Positions 1-9,097 of a stretch of 32,000 nucleotides of DNA are shown here, piece after piece. Made by a program: the position numbers and the translations under genes. The DNA is from Candidatus Saganbacteria bacterium (GTDB lineage: Bacteria > Margulisbacteria > WOR-1 > JAKLHX01), in NCBI GenBank assembly GCA_026387835.1, contig JAPLKZ010000010.1, positions 114,325 to 146,324 on the forward strand, written 5' to 3'. The notes beneath the pieces are model-generated. The model was given only the letters and a program-made list of their open reading frames with translations, did not search any database and was not told where the DNA came from. How positions within the stretch are numbered: the stretch's first letter is position 1; the number at the start of each line of letters is the position of its first letter.

Positions 1-769
1 CATCGACTTCGCCGGCTTCAAGTGCGATAAGCCTTGAATTCTCGTCGGGGATTATCTTAAATAATACCGATGAAAGAAGAGGGCTGCCTCCGTAGTATTT
101 TTCATTCCTCACCAGTGTCACATGGTCCCCCGACACCCATTCTTTAAAAATGAAAGGCCCTGTCCCTACCGGATGCTGGTTGAAAGAGGCCGAGTTGATG
201 TCCTTTCCGCGCAAAATATGCCCCGGAAGAATGCCCATGCCCATGCTCGCAAGAAAAGGAGCGAACGGTTTGGGAAGTATGGCTTGCATTATATAAGGTC
301 CGGCAACATTGAACTTTATCGGCTTTCCGTCGATCATGTAATCGCCCCTGCGGACCGAATTTACTTTCGGGTCAAGGATGGAATTAAAGGTGAATTTGAC
401 GTCCTGCGCGGTGAATTTTTTGCCGTCATGCCATAAGACATCATCCCTTAAATAGAAAATGTAGACCCTCCCGTCTTTTGAAACGGTCCACTTCCTTGCA
501 AGGTCCGGGATTATTTCAAGGCGTTCGTTCACTTTTGTAAGGCCCGAATATATGGGCCCCTCGACAGCCGAAGAAGAGCTGTCGGAAGACAGTACCGGGT
601 TGAGAATGGATATCTCGCCGCCAAGACAGAAGACCAGAGTGCCGTTCTTATCGATTTTTGTTTTTCCGTCGTTGGCGGCTGTATTGTTTTCACATAAACT
701 TGTCGTCTGACGGCATCCCAGGATGCCTAATAAGATCAGGATAAATATTGCTTTTACTGCTGTTTTCAA
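1..769 (-). CDS. Peptide/oligopeptide ABC transporter substrate-binding lipoprotein (SBP_bac_5 family), C-terminus beyond left edge
   Basis: Read by hand: TTG start at 769..767 preceded by AGGAAGG; translates MKTAVKAIFILILLGILGCRQTT...LVFCLGGEISILNPVLSTDSSSSAVEGPIYSGLTKVN...DGRVYIFYLKDDVLWHDGKKFTAQDVKFTFNSI...HPVGTGPFIFKEWVSGDHVTLVRNEKYYGG. Lipobox LLGILGC and typical SBP_bac_5 motifs. Absent from the ORF track because of the TTG start and missing stop. Confidence 0.9.
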   Translation of the reverse strand, partial: MKTAVKAIFILILLGILGCRQTTSLCENNTAANDGKTKIDKNGTLVFCLGGEISILNPVLSSDSSSSAVEGPIYSGLTKVNERLEIIPDLARKWTVSKDGRVYIFYLRDDVLWHDGKKFTAQDVKFTFNSILDPKVNSVRRGDYMIDGKPIKFNVAGPYIMQAILPKPFAPFLASMGMGILPGHILRGKDINSASFNQHPVGTGPFIFKEWVSGDHVTLVRNEKYYGGSPLLSSVLFKIIPDENSRLIALEAGEVD

Positions 770-804
770 CGGAAATGCCCTTCCTGCCTTTTTATCCAAT
801 TATA

Positions 805-1227
805 TCAGTCCAGGTTCGTCAGTTCCTGCACTTTTGATGTCCCGTTCTTTTTATATCCCGTGATCGTGTAGCCGTTCTTTGCCGCATCATACGTGTAAAT
901 TATTTTCCCAGCGGTATCTGACGCGGCATAAGCTTTTCCGGTAAAAGGGTTTTTGGGAACCGTGGTGTACCCTATTGCGCTAAGATAATTTTCGTAAAGA
1001 GTCTTTATCGGAATCTCCGTTGCGATGGGGAACGTCTCGTTCTCCATATTATAGGATTCTACGGCCAGCTGCACGGAATGCATCACCGATTTCACTCCGG
1101 CTTCCTTTGCTTTATCCTGCACGCCTACAAAAGTCGGCAGTAAAAACGCGGCAAGCATTCCGATGATCCCTATCACTACCAGAAGTTCTATCAAAGTGAA
1201 ACCTTTTTTTCTCTTCACTTTCATCAC
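805..1227 (-). CDS. Type II secretion / type IV pilus-like major pseudopilin (GspG-like)
   Basis: N-terminal prepilin peptidase/methylation motif KKGFTLIELLVVIGIIGMLAAFLLPTF with Glu at +5; RBS aggaggtg just upstream. Confidence 0.88.
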   Translation of the reverse strand: MMKVKRKKGFTLIELLVVIGIIGMLAAFLLPTFVGVQDKAKEAGVKSVMHSVQLAVESYNMENETFPIATEIPIKTLYENYLSAIGYTTVPKNPFTGKAYAASDTAGKIIYTYDAAKNGYTITGYKKNGTSKVQELTNLD

Positions 1228-1245
1228 CTCCTTTCTTTATTGACC

Positions 1246-1295
1246 ACCCTCTCCCTCTCGCCCTGAGCCTGCCGAAGGGCTGGGAGAGGGAAGGG
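1246..1295. repeat. Imperfect palindromic intergenic repeat (core CCCTGAGCCTGCCGAAGGG)
   Basis: ACCCTCTCCCTCTCGCCCT-gagcctgccga-AGGGCTGGGAGAGGGAAGGGT forms an imperfect hairpin; the core resembles the widely dispersed CCCTTCGACAAGCTCAGGG type repeat. Confidence 0.7.
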
Positions 1296-1301
1296 TGAGG
1301 G

Positions 1302-2288
1302 TTATAAACTTCCCATTATCTTCATCATCGGAGAGAACATCTGTATCACCACAAAGCCGACGACCGCTCCTACCAGTACTGTCGACAACGGTTCGACGAG
1401 CAGGGTAGCGGCTTTTATGTTCTCGTGCGCCTCTTCTTCAAGGATGTCGGCGGATCCTTCTAAAACATCTTCAAGGCAGGCGGATTCCTGCGCGGCAGCA
1501 AGGATCCTTGTCATATCGCTGTCAAAACACTTTTCGCCCCTGAAAGCATCCGACGGCGTGCAGCCGGACGATATTTTTTCGGCTACTTTTTGGAGCGCGC
1601 TTTTATATGTGACCGGCTTTACGGATTTTTCGGCATGCCCGAGCGCTTCCAGGAACGGCATCCCGGACCTCAGAAGCATGGAAATGTTCCTGCAGATCAT
1701 GGAAGTCTCCAGTTTTGCCGCGATCTTCCCGAAGAAAGGGATATTATATTTAACGAATTCCAACTCCCTGCGGAACATCCCTTTGCTGGTGCAGAATGAC
1801 AACACCGATATCGCAAAGATAATGACAATTCCGATCAGAGGCGTCATCTTTGAGATATTGCTCATGACTGCCAGCGATCTTGGCGGCGGCATCCCGAAAG
1901 AAATAAATATCTCGTTCATTTTGGGGATGCCTACAACTATGAAACCTATAAGCGTCATAAGGCTTGCCGAAAGTACTATCAGCGGATAAGCTAATGCTTT
2001 TGTCAGTTTGCTTCTAAATTCTTTTTTTCTTTCGAGGATCTGCGCGGCTTTCAGGAACATTGTGTCCAGCTCCCCTGTCCTCTCTCCTATTCTGACCAGG
2101 TCAATTACATCCCGGGAAAAGTACTGCTCTATCGAATCTGAGACGGCCTTTCCGTCCATTATCATCTCTGCCGCTTTTTCCGGAATATCGGCGATACCAA
2201 GAGCCTTTGCGAGCGGCACGCCTCCCTTGATAAGCCGCGACATCTGCCTGCATATCTTGATCTGTTCTTTTATGGATAATTGTTTCAT
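1302..2288 (-). CDS. gspF: Type II secretion system F family inner-membrane protein (GspF/PilC-like)
   Basis: 328 aa; two T2SSF-like halves (LVRIGERTGELDTMFLKAAQILERKKEFRSKLTKALAYPLIV... and ...MLRSGMPFLEALG...), C-terminal VEPLSTVLVGAVVGFVVIQMFSPMMKI. Confidence 0.88.
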   Translation of the reverse strand: MKQLSIKEQIKICRQMSRLIKGGVPLAKALGIADIPEKAAEMIMDGKAVSDSIEQYFSRDVIDLVRIGERTGELDTMFLKAAQILERKKEFRSKLTKALAYPLIVLSASLMTLIGFIVVGIPKMNEIFISFGMPPPRSLAVMSNISKMTPLIGIVIIFAISVLSFCTSKGMFRRELEFVKYNIPFFGKIAAKLETSMICRNISMLLRSGMPFLEALGHAEKSVKPVTYKSALQKVAEKISSGCTPSDAFRGEKCFDSDMTRILAAAQESACLEDVLEGSADILEEEAHENIKAATLLVEPLSTVLVGAVVGFVVIQMFSPMMKIMGSL

Positions 2289-3053
2289 TTAGGAAAGTTT
2301 AAAAAACGCCTCGGCGTTTCTTGAAGTTCTTTCGGCTATAATTTCGACCGGGATATTTTTTATTTCGGCCAGTTTTTCCGCAACGGACCGGACATAAGAC
2401 GGCTCGTTCCTTTTTCCCCGCATCGCCTGCGGCGCAAGATACGGACAGTCGGTCTCGAGCATGATACTCTCAAGCGGCACATATCCGGCCACTGTCCGCA
2501 CATTGTGAGCGTTCTTGAACGTTATCACCGCGGTGAAAGATACCATTAACCCCATTTCCAGGACCTTTGCGGCAAACTCCCTGTCTGAAGAAAAACAGTG
2601 GAATACACCTTTGATCCTGCCCTGGCCGTGTTCTTTTATGATCTCGATCATGTCGCCGTCCGCGTCCCTGCCGTGGAAGATAAGCGGGAGACCGAGCTCT
2701 TTTGCCAGCTCGATATGTCGGGCAAAAGCTTTTTTCTGAACTTCTTTAGGTACCGGGTTCTCAAAATAATCAAGCCCCGTCTCTCCTATAGCCACGACTT
2801 TATTATTTGCGGCAAGCTCTCTTAATCCGTTTATAGACGCGTCATCGACAAAGTCCGCGTGATGAGGATGTATCCCCACCGAGGCAAAGATCATGTCATG
2901 CTCTTTTGCCAGACTAACACTTTTTTTTGACGATTCGAGATCAAAGGAAGCATTTATTATTTTAGTGACGCCGTTGTCCTTTGCTCTCTTCAGGACTTCA
3001 GGGAGGTCGGTAAATTCATCCATCGTAAGATGCGCGTGAGTGTCGATATACAT
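2289..3053 (-). CDS. tatD: TatD family metal-dependent deoxyribonuclease
   Basis: MYIDTHAHLTMDEF, GETGLDYFENPVPKEVQKKAFARHIELAKELGLPLIFHGRDA, GVFHCFSS, LETDCPYLAPQAMRGKRNEP. Confidence 0.95.
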   Translation of the reverse strand: MYIDTHAHLTMDEFTDLPEVLKRAKDNGVTKIINASFDLESSKKSVSLAKEHDMIFASVGIHPHHADFVDDASINGLRELAANNKVVAIGETGLDYFENPVPKEVQKKAFARHIELAKELGLPLIFHGRDADGDMIEIIKEHGQGRIKGVFHCFSSDREFAAKVLEMGLMVSFTAVITFKNAHNVRTVAGYVPLESIMLETDCPYLAPQAMRGKRNEPSYVRSVAEKLAEIKNIPVEIIAERTSRNAEAFFKLS

Positions 3054-3064
3054 ATGCTTTGGGA

Positions 3065-4564
3065 TTAGTCCTGTTTTTCGATCCTGGGAAAAAGCGGTTT
3101 TCCTTTATTGATCTTTTCTGAACCCGGTTCAAGGCCAAGCTGTTTTTTCATTTCCACGCAGGTTGAGGGCATGAAAGGCGCTATCAGGTCGGATACCACC
3201 TTCAAGACCTCGAACAGATTGCCGAGGACTGTTGAGAGCTCTTCTTTTTTACCGTTCTTTGCAAGAGACCAGGGAGCCTGTTTCTCAATATAATTGTTTG
3301 AAAGACTTATCAGGTCGAATATACACGACAGCGCCTCGGTCAAAGCGATCTTGTCCATGCATATTGCATATTTTCTCGGCGTGTCTTTGATTAGCTCTGT
3401 CATCTCCCTGTCCAGACCGTTCATTTTATCGTTTTTTTGAGAAGGGACTTTCCCGTCAAAATATTTCTCTATCATTGTCAGCGTCCTGCTCAAAAGATTG
3501 CCAAGATCGTTCGCGAGATCGGCATTATAGCGTTTTATCAGATTTTCCCTTGAATAATCGCCGTCAACTCCGAAAGGCACTTCCCTTATCAGAAAATATC
3601 TCACGCCGTCAAGGCCGAATTCCTGTGACAGGGCTATCGGATCGACAACGTTGCCTTTTGATTTGCTCATCTTGCCGCCCTCGACCGTCCACCAGCCGTG
3701 TCCGAATACTTTTTCAGGCAACGGCAGGTCCAGAGCCATCAGCATCGCCGGCCAGATGACGGCATGGAATCTCACGATCTCTTTTCCCATGAGATGAAGG
3801 TCCGCGGGCCATAGTTTTTTGAATCTTTCTTCGTCCCATGTATAGCCTATGGCGGAAATATAGTTTATCAGCGCGTCGAACCACACATATATGACATGCT
3901 TAGGGTCAAATGGCACCGTGACACCCCACGAAAAATTGGTCCTGCTCACATTGATGTCCTTGAGCCCGCTCTCGATGAAACGCATGACCTCGTTCCTTCT
4001 TGACTGAGGGCAGATAAAGTCGCTGTGGCTTTCAATATATTTGAGCAGCCCGTCCTGATATTTTGACAGTTTGAAGAAGTAGGCTTCTTCTTTCGTATTT
4101 TTCACGGGTCTTCCGCAATCCGGACAGTTTTCTTTTCCGTCAAGCTGGAAAGCCGTCCAGTACGATTCGCACTGAGCGCAATACCACCCTTCGTACTCGC
4201 TTAAATATATATCGCCTTTTTCATGAAGTTTCTCGAATATCTTCTGCACGGTCTCCTCGTGACGGCTGTCCGTGGTCCTGATAAAACCGTCGTAAGTTAT
4301 GCCCAGTTTTTTCCACGCTTCGATGAACTTTTGTGCCATTATGTCCACATGCTCTTTCGGCGACCTGCCCGCTTCTGCTGCTGCCTGAGCAATTTTCATG
4401 CCATGTTCGTCGGTCCCGGTCAAAAAGAACACCTTATATCCCTGGCTTCTCTTCCATCTCGCAAGTACATCCGCAGCAATTTGAGTATAACTATGCCCGA
4501 TATGGGGCACATCATTCACGTAATAAACGGGTGTTGTAATGTAGTATTTAGACTTCATATTCAA
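3065..4564 (-). CDS. metG: Methionyl-tRNA synthetase (short form, no C-terminal tRNA-binding domain)
   Basis: [52 protein letters not shown]...CPDCG zinc knuckle, [12 protein letters not shown]. Confidence 0.96.
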   Translation of the reverse strand: [499 protein letters not shown]

Positions 4565-4582
4565 AAATTATATCACTTTTAT

Positions 4583-4633
4583 GGGTGCTTGCACCGAGCG
4601 AAGGAGCAATAGCGACTGAGTCGAGGTGTCGAA
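4583..4633. repeat. Intergenic copy of the GTGCTTGCAC(C/T)GAGC...TCGAGGTG repeat family
   Basis: gggtgcttgcaccgagcgaaggagcaatagcgactgagtcgaggtgtcg, immediately upstream of metG; shares gtgcttgcaccgag and tcgaggtg with copies near 17040 and 17750. Confidence 0.6.
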
Positions 4634-4650
4634 AATCCCTACACTCTATC

Positions 4651-5784
4651 CTAATTTTCTACAGGGAATAATATCCTGACATGCGTCACGTTCTTCAGCG
4701 CGGTGTTCGCCCAGTCGGGAAGCTGCTTGCGCAGATCAGGATCGATCCAGAGCCGCGGCATCGGCTGCCAGCCGATATCATTGATCTTGACTTCTACGAG
4801 AAATCTTTTTAAAAGGTCCTCGCTCCATGTCTTTGAATCCAGGTCCATCGGCTTATATCTGGGCTGAAGATAGAGTGAAAATAACGGTGGCTGGCCTTCA
4901 AGGGTCTTTCCAAATATCGATGTCGGCCCTATAACCATCCACTGCGTCATGATCCTTGCGTTCAACATCTCCGGGCTCATCCCGTGCCTTGATGGGATTA
5001 TCTGGAAACCTCCGACCCTTCCCATAGGAGATGTTGAAACATCTATCACGCCCGTATGGTTTGCCCTAATGCGGCCCACATCGGCAAATTGGGTCCCCTG
5101 AAAACGCCCGATGCCCTGTACCGGCTTTAAGACTTCTCCTATCACGCTTTCCTCGTCTCCGCCGTAGTCTATACGTATCTTCCCTCCGAATTTATTCTCA
5201 AATATGATCGCTCTCGGGTAAGAAACAGGCCTTATGACAGAAATAATTATCGTTTGGCCTATATTAGGCACATAACCTTCCGTGATCTCCTTTATTTCTT
5301 TAAACTCATCTATGTAGCTGACGGGATTGCCTACTATCGGCGCAAAATCCCCGCCGAATATGGAGGTGCCTGCCGGAATATTTGTATATATCGAAGAATC
5401 CGGGCTCAGGAAAGAATTATAATATTCCGGAGGGTTCAGCATATCGGCCGGTATTATCGAAAATACCACGCCTTTGCCCTCTTCGGTGTTGGTCCCCGTC
5501 CTTATATGTATAGCATTGACCGCCGTTGCCGCGACAGCTCCGACACTAGCCCATTTGCTTGCAGTGTAACCGTCCCTGTTGACCTTCTGGCACGGATACA
5601 GGACTTTTCCGACTGCTTCCCAGCTGTTGCCTCCGTCCCTGCTCACTGCAACAATGCCGTTCTGCCTGTTCTCTACGGATATCCTGTAGATCTCCGCGGA
5701 CTTCACTGTCTTCTCAGCGGCGAACGAGATATGATACAGGATCAAGATCATTAAAAACGACAGCAATAATATTTTTTTCTTCAT
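4651..5784 (-). CDS. Exported hypothetical protein with a single Asp-box/BNR-like motif
   Basis: N-terminal signal peptide MKKKILLLSFLMILILYHISFAAE; VSRDGGNSWEAVGKV fits SxDxGxxW. No family recognised otherwise. Confidence 0.7.
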   Translation of the reverse strand: MKKKILLLSFLMILILYHISFAAEKTVKSAEIYRISVENRQNGIVAVSRDGGNSWEAVGKVLYPCQKVNRDGYTASKWASVGAVAATAVNAIHIRTGTNTEEGKGVVFSIIPADMLNPPEYYNSFLSPDSSIYTNIPAGTSIFGGDFAPIVGNPVSYIDEFKEIKEITEGYVPNIGQTIIISVIRPVSYPRAIIFENKFGGKIRIDYGGDEESVIGEVLKPVQGIGRFQGTQFADVGRIRANHTGVIDVSTSPMGRVGGFQIIPSRHGMSPEMLNARIMTQWMVIGPTSIFGKTLEGQPPLFSLYLQPRYKPMDLDSKTWSEDLLKRFLVEVKINDIGWQPMPRLWIDPDLRKQLPDWANTALKNVTHVRILFPVEN

Positions 5785-5785
5785 G

Positions 5786-7078
5786 TTAGAAATATCTGAA
5801 GGCCGCTATTGCAAGTCCGGCTACCGCCAATATCCATATGTATAATATCGTCCTTTTCAGGATATCCTGGACGTTGATGTTCAAATAATTCGCTATCCAG
5901 ACGTTCTGCGTGTTAGTCGGGTCGCATACGCCCTGTATCTGGCCGACGCTCATCAGGGCCGCCATTATAGCTACGGGAGGCATGACATTTGAGGTGACCA
6001 TGAGCCCGATAAGTCCCGCGCCCATTCCCCAGATATTCAACGGTCCCCTGTACAGTGTGAGCGGTGAAAGCACTGCAAAGAACAGGACATAATACAGCGG
6101 GCTTGAGGGAAGTATCTTTACCAGCACGGGGGAAAGAGATGACGTGACATTCGGGTTCATCACTGCATTGAGAAGCATGCCGATCCCTATTATCAAAGCG
6201 ACGGCAGGGCCGACAGAGTTGATCCCTTCATATATAGATCTGCTCAGGAGATTTACGCTGTCTTTCCTGAGTGTCGTCAGGAATCCGTATAAAAGCCCGA
6301 TCACCATCGCTGTTATTATTGGGAATTCATAAGGATTTGCGGGTTTTGCTAAAATATTGTAGACCGAAAAGCCAAGTACAAGGACCAGAGGTATCACGGG
6401 CGTCAGGGCCGCGTACCAGGAAACGAACTTTGGTCTTTCTTCCTCAGTTTTTTCTGTCCATCCTATCGAAGTCCCGTGCCTTTTTATTTCTATGAAAAGG
6501 AACAGCACCGTGACAACAGAAAAACACAGGCCCAGAGGTATCGCGAACCTGAATATCTGGTCCTGCGAAAGCCCCAGGACGCTTATATAAAGCTGCCAGT
6601 TGATCAGGTTGAATATCCCGCCAAGGCTCATCCCGATCAGAAAGACACAACCTGTGACTATCCTGGGCAGCCCGATCGAAAGCATTATAGGAAGCACTAT
6701 CGTCGCGACCATTATCACCGAGCCAAGCCCTCCGAGGACCGAAAAAAGCACCGCCACCACCGCGGTGAGGACTATTGACACAAGAAAAGGATTGTCGCCC
6801 GATAGTTCGGCGACTTTCTTTATAAGTGTTTCCGCGATGCCGGACCTGCTCACGAACTGTGAGAGCATGGAACCGAAAATAATGACGATTATCGGTGTGC
6901 TCAGACGCGTCGCGCCGTCAGCGATCACTTTTGTCGAGACATCGGCCGGCGACAGGCCCGAGACAAAAGCTATCAGGACCGCCATCACCGGGAGTGCTAT
7001 CAAGGCCGGGACTTTGTTCAGGTACATAAGGACGGCGAAAATGATGAAGATAAGGAAGATGACAGAAAAAAGTATCAT
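5786..7078 (-). CDS. Ion-transporter-superfamily permease (CitMHS/GntP-like secondary transporter)
   Basis: 430 aa, about 11-12 hydrophobic segments; GSMLSQFVSRSGIAETLIKKVAELSG, VLGGLGSVIMVATIVLPIM, internal duplication of the IT type. Substrate not inferable. Confidence 0.65.
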   Translation of the reverse strand: MILFSVIFLIFIIFAVLMYLNKVPALIALPVMAVLIAFVSGLSPADVSTKVIADGATRLSTPIIVIIFGSMLSQFVSRSGIAETLIKKVAELSGDNPFLVSIVLTAVVAVLFSVLGGLGSVIMVATIVLPIMLSIGLPRIVTGCVFLIGMSLGGIFNLINWQLYISVLGLSQDQIFRFAIPLGLCFSVVTVLFLFIEIKRHGTSIGWTEKTEEERPKFVSWYAALTPVIPLVLVLGFSVYNILAKPANPYEFPIITAMVIGLLYGFLTTLRKDSVNLLSRSIYEGINSVGPAVALIIGIGMLLNAVMNPNVTSSLSPVLVKILPSSPLYYVLFFAVLSPLTLYRGPLNIWGMGAGLIGLMVTSNVMPPVAIMAALMSVGQIQGVCDPTNTQNVWIANYLNINVQDILKRTILYIWILAVAGLAIAAFRYF

Positions 7079-7129
7079 GATTAGAGATTATAACATGATA
7101 TATATTAAGTGTGAAGAATTCTTCAATAA

Positions 7130-7154
7130 AAAAGGCCGGACAAGCCGGCCTTTT
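7130..7154. terminator. Rho-independent terminator between the G6PI gene and the permease gene
   Basis: Perfect 10-bp stem AAAAGGCCGG-ACAAG-CCGGCCTTTT; on the minus strand it follows the pgi-like stop codon (7175). Confidence 0.85.
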
Positions 7155-7174
7155 AACAAAGTTAAATTATCCCA

Positions 7175-8947
7175 TTATTTCATTATATTCGGGGTTTCTG
7201 TCTGTATGACTTCGATCGGCGACTTATCCCCTCGCTGCAATAATGCTGTTGTGAGCCCTGTTGTTGTACTTCTCACCATCGCCACATTTGGATTTGAATC
7301 CGGATTTGTCCCGTTCATAATAAGGTAAGGATACATCAGGTTCTGATAGAAAGCGGTCATCAGTGCCAGGTTACGGAAGTTTACGCCGTCCATTGTTGTC
7401 ATGAAATTCGGCGCTCCGGCGAACGAGAATTTTGCCTGGTTCGGAAAGACACATGCCATCTTGAGCAGGTCTGACGTAAGCCCTGCATGCCCCTGCTCAC
7501 TTGCCAGCAGGTCCTTTATTGATAAAGCCGTATCTTTGGGGTTAAAGCTTGTATCAAATACAAAAGCACCGTATGAAAGCGCTGATACAGCTCCGCCCAG
7601 AAGCCCGTCCGCCCCTGCATGCGCGAACGGCAGCATCTCCATGCCTGCTCCAAAAGCAAACATCCCGTTGCCGATCTTTCCCACGGCTTCGTCGTGCAGC
7701 TGGAACACCTGCCGTAAACCGGCTTCAAGTACCGGATGATTGCTGCACGCAAAGAAACCTGGGATATTGTATGCGCTTGTGTACAGGTACAGGTGCGCTG
7801 CAAGGTCCCTTATCGTGGTGTCTTTCCCGACAGGCCAGAATTTGTCATCAAACTCTATCATCGCCTTTGTATAGTCCGCACATGCCTCGTCGCTTGCGCT
7901 GAGCATCATCGGTACAAGGACGATCTTGCCTTTTGCCCACATATACCTTCCTCCGATGTTCGGATTCAGGTCAAGGACTACTGCCCCGTTATCGTTAGCG
8001 AACTGTTTTACTTTCCCCTTGTTCGCATATGCCACCAAATACTTAAGATGCCCTCCTTTTTTTGCAAACTCCATTGATTTCAGGGTCTCTTCCGTACCGC
8101 CCCCCCTTGATATCGCGATGAAAAGTGTATTACCGGCCATCACATGTAAAGGAAGTTTAATGAGCTGGCTTGGTTCAAACACCGAATAAAGGCTCCTCTT
8201 GCTCTTCGGATCTTTGTTTACGAGCATTGGAAGATCTTTCAGATACATGTCGTTTGCGCCAATACCGAGAACAACGATATTCTTTATTTTATTCATCGTA
8301 CCGCTGCCGTATTTCTGATCCACGAGAGTATTGATATGTTTTGCGCTGTCATAAGCTTCCTGCACCGCGGCTTCCATGTTCCCGCGTATATTCCTTATAT
8401 CCGGGGTCTCGGTCGCCCAGGACGGATTATCCTCAAACAGCTGAACAGGACTAGGTCTTCCTGATGGGGCAGACATATTCTGTTCAAGCAGGGCTATCAC
8501 CTCATCTGCCCTTTTTGCATGGTCAGGCAATATTGCCTTTACCAGACTAAGCGTTTCAATTCCCGGATATACTGTAAGCCCCATCCCGCAGATATCATGA
8601 ACAGACGCCTTGCTTATCGGTCCGAAAAGCCTGTCAAGCTGCGAAGTTCTTTCAAATTCCTCACGGAGAGTTTTTAAAACTTCTCCACCTGGAGAGGTCT
8701 CCCCTGTTTTCATCTTTAACAGAAGACCATCCAGCCGTTGGCGGCCAAGTTCCACAACAAATGAATAGAAGCCCCTCGTCTGATGTGCCGACGCATCATC
8801 AATTGCCGGTTTTGACCATTTCTCCTCTCGTAGCGCCCACACTCCTACATTCGCCATGGCATGCCTTGCGTTCTGAGTTCGTAGTCTTAATCTCAACAGT
8901 GCCGCAGGATTTGTAATAACTTCATTCATATTTATTCTTATGCCCAT
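7175..8947 (-). CDS. pgi: Glucose-6-phosphate isomerase-like protein (divergent)
   Basis: NIGGRYMWAKGKIVLVPMMLS resembles the PGI signature; VVLGIGANDMYLKDL and FIAISRGGGTEETLKSMEFAKKGG align with SIS-domain phosphosugar-binding loops; good RBS (aaaggaga) 6 nt before the ATG. Confidence 0.72.
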   Translation of the reverse strand: MGIRINMNEVITNPAALLRLRLRTQNARHAMANVGVWALREEKWSKPAIDDASAHQTRGFYSFVVELGRQRLDGLLLKMKTGETSPGGEVLKTLREEFERTSQLDRLFGPISKASVHDICGMGLTVYPGIETLSLVKAILPDHAKRADEVIALLEQNMSAPSGRPSPVQLFEDNPSWATETPDIRNIRGNMEAAVQEAYDSAKHINTLVDQKYGSGTMNKIKNIVVLGIGANDMYLKDLPMLVNKDPKSKRSLYSVFEPSQLIKLPLHVMAGNTLFIAISRGGGTEETLKSMEFAKKGGHLKYLVAYANKGKVKQFANDNGAVVLDLNPNIGGRYMWAKGKIVLVPMMLSASDEACADYTKAMIEFDDKFWPVGKDTTIRDLAAHLYLYTSAYNIPGFFACSNHPVLEAGLRQVFQLHDEAVGKIGNGMFAFGAGMEMLPFAHAGADGLLGGAVSALSYGAFVFDTSFNPKDTALSIKDLLASEQGHAGLTSDLLKMACVFPNQAKFSFAGAPNFMTTMDGVNFRNLALMTAFYQNLMYPYLIMNGTNPDSNPNVAMVRSTTTGLTTALLQRGDKSPIEVIQTETPNIMK

Positions 8948-9097
8948 TTATGTTCTCCTTTGATTATATTTTTGGCACATTAATCCATCGAAAGGTTTAT
9001 TGGAAAATTTCATTAAATCTCATCAATATTGATTATATCTAAAAAACGGGGTGTTTTGGATTTTAAAGTCATGATGTGCCGGTGACGCGATGACTGT

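Noticed and set aside
122-436. 104 aa plus-strand ORF
   Set aside because: Antisense to the convincing SBP_bac_5 reading frame.
7516-7803. 95 aa minus-strand ORF
   Set aside because: Alternate frame inside the pgi-like gene; no domain content.
8948-9097. Possible tRNA or small RNA in the 150 nt gap
   Set aside because: AT-rich with no cloverleaf or strong hairpin that I could find by eye.
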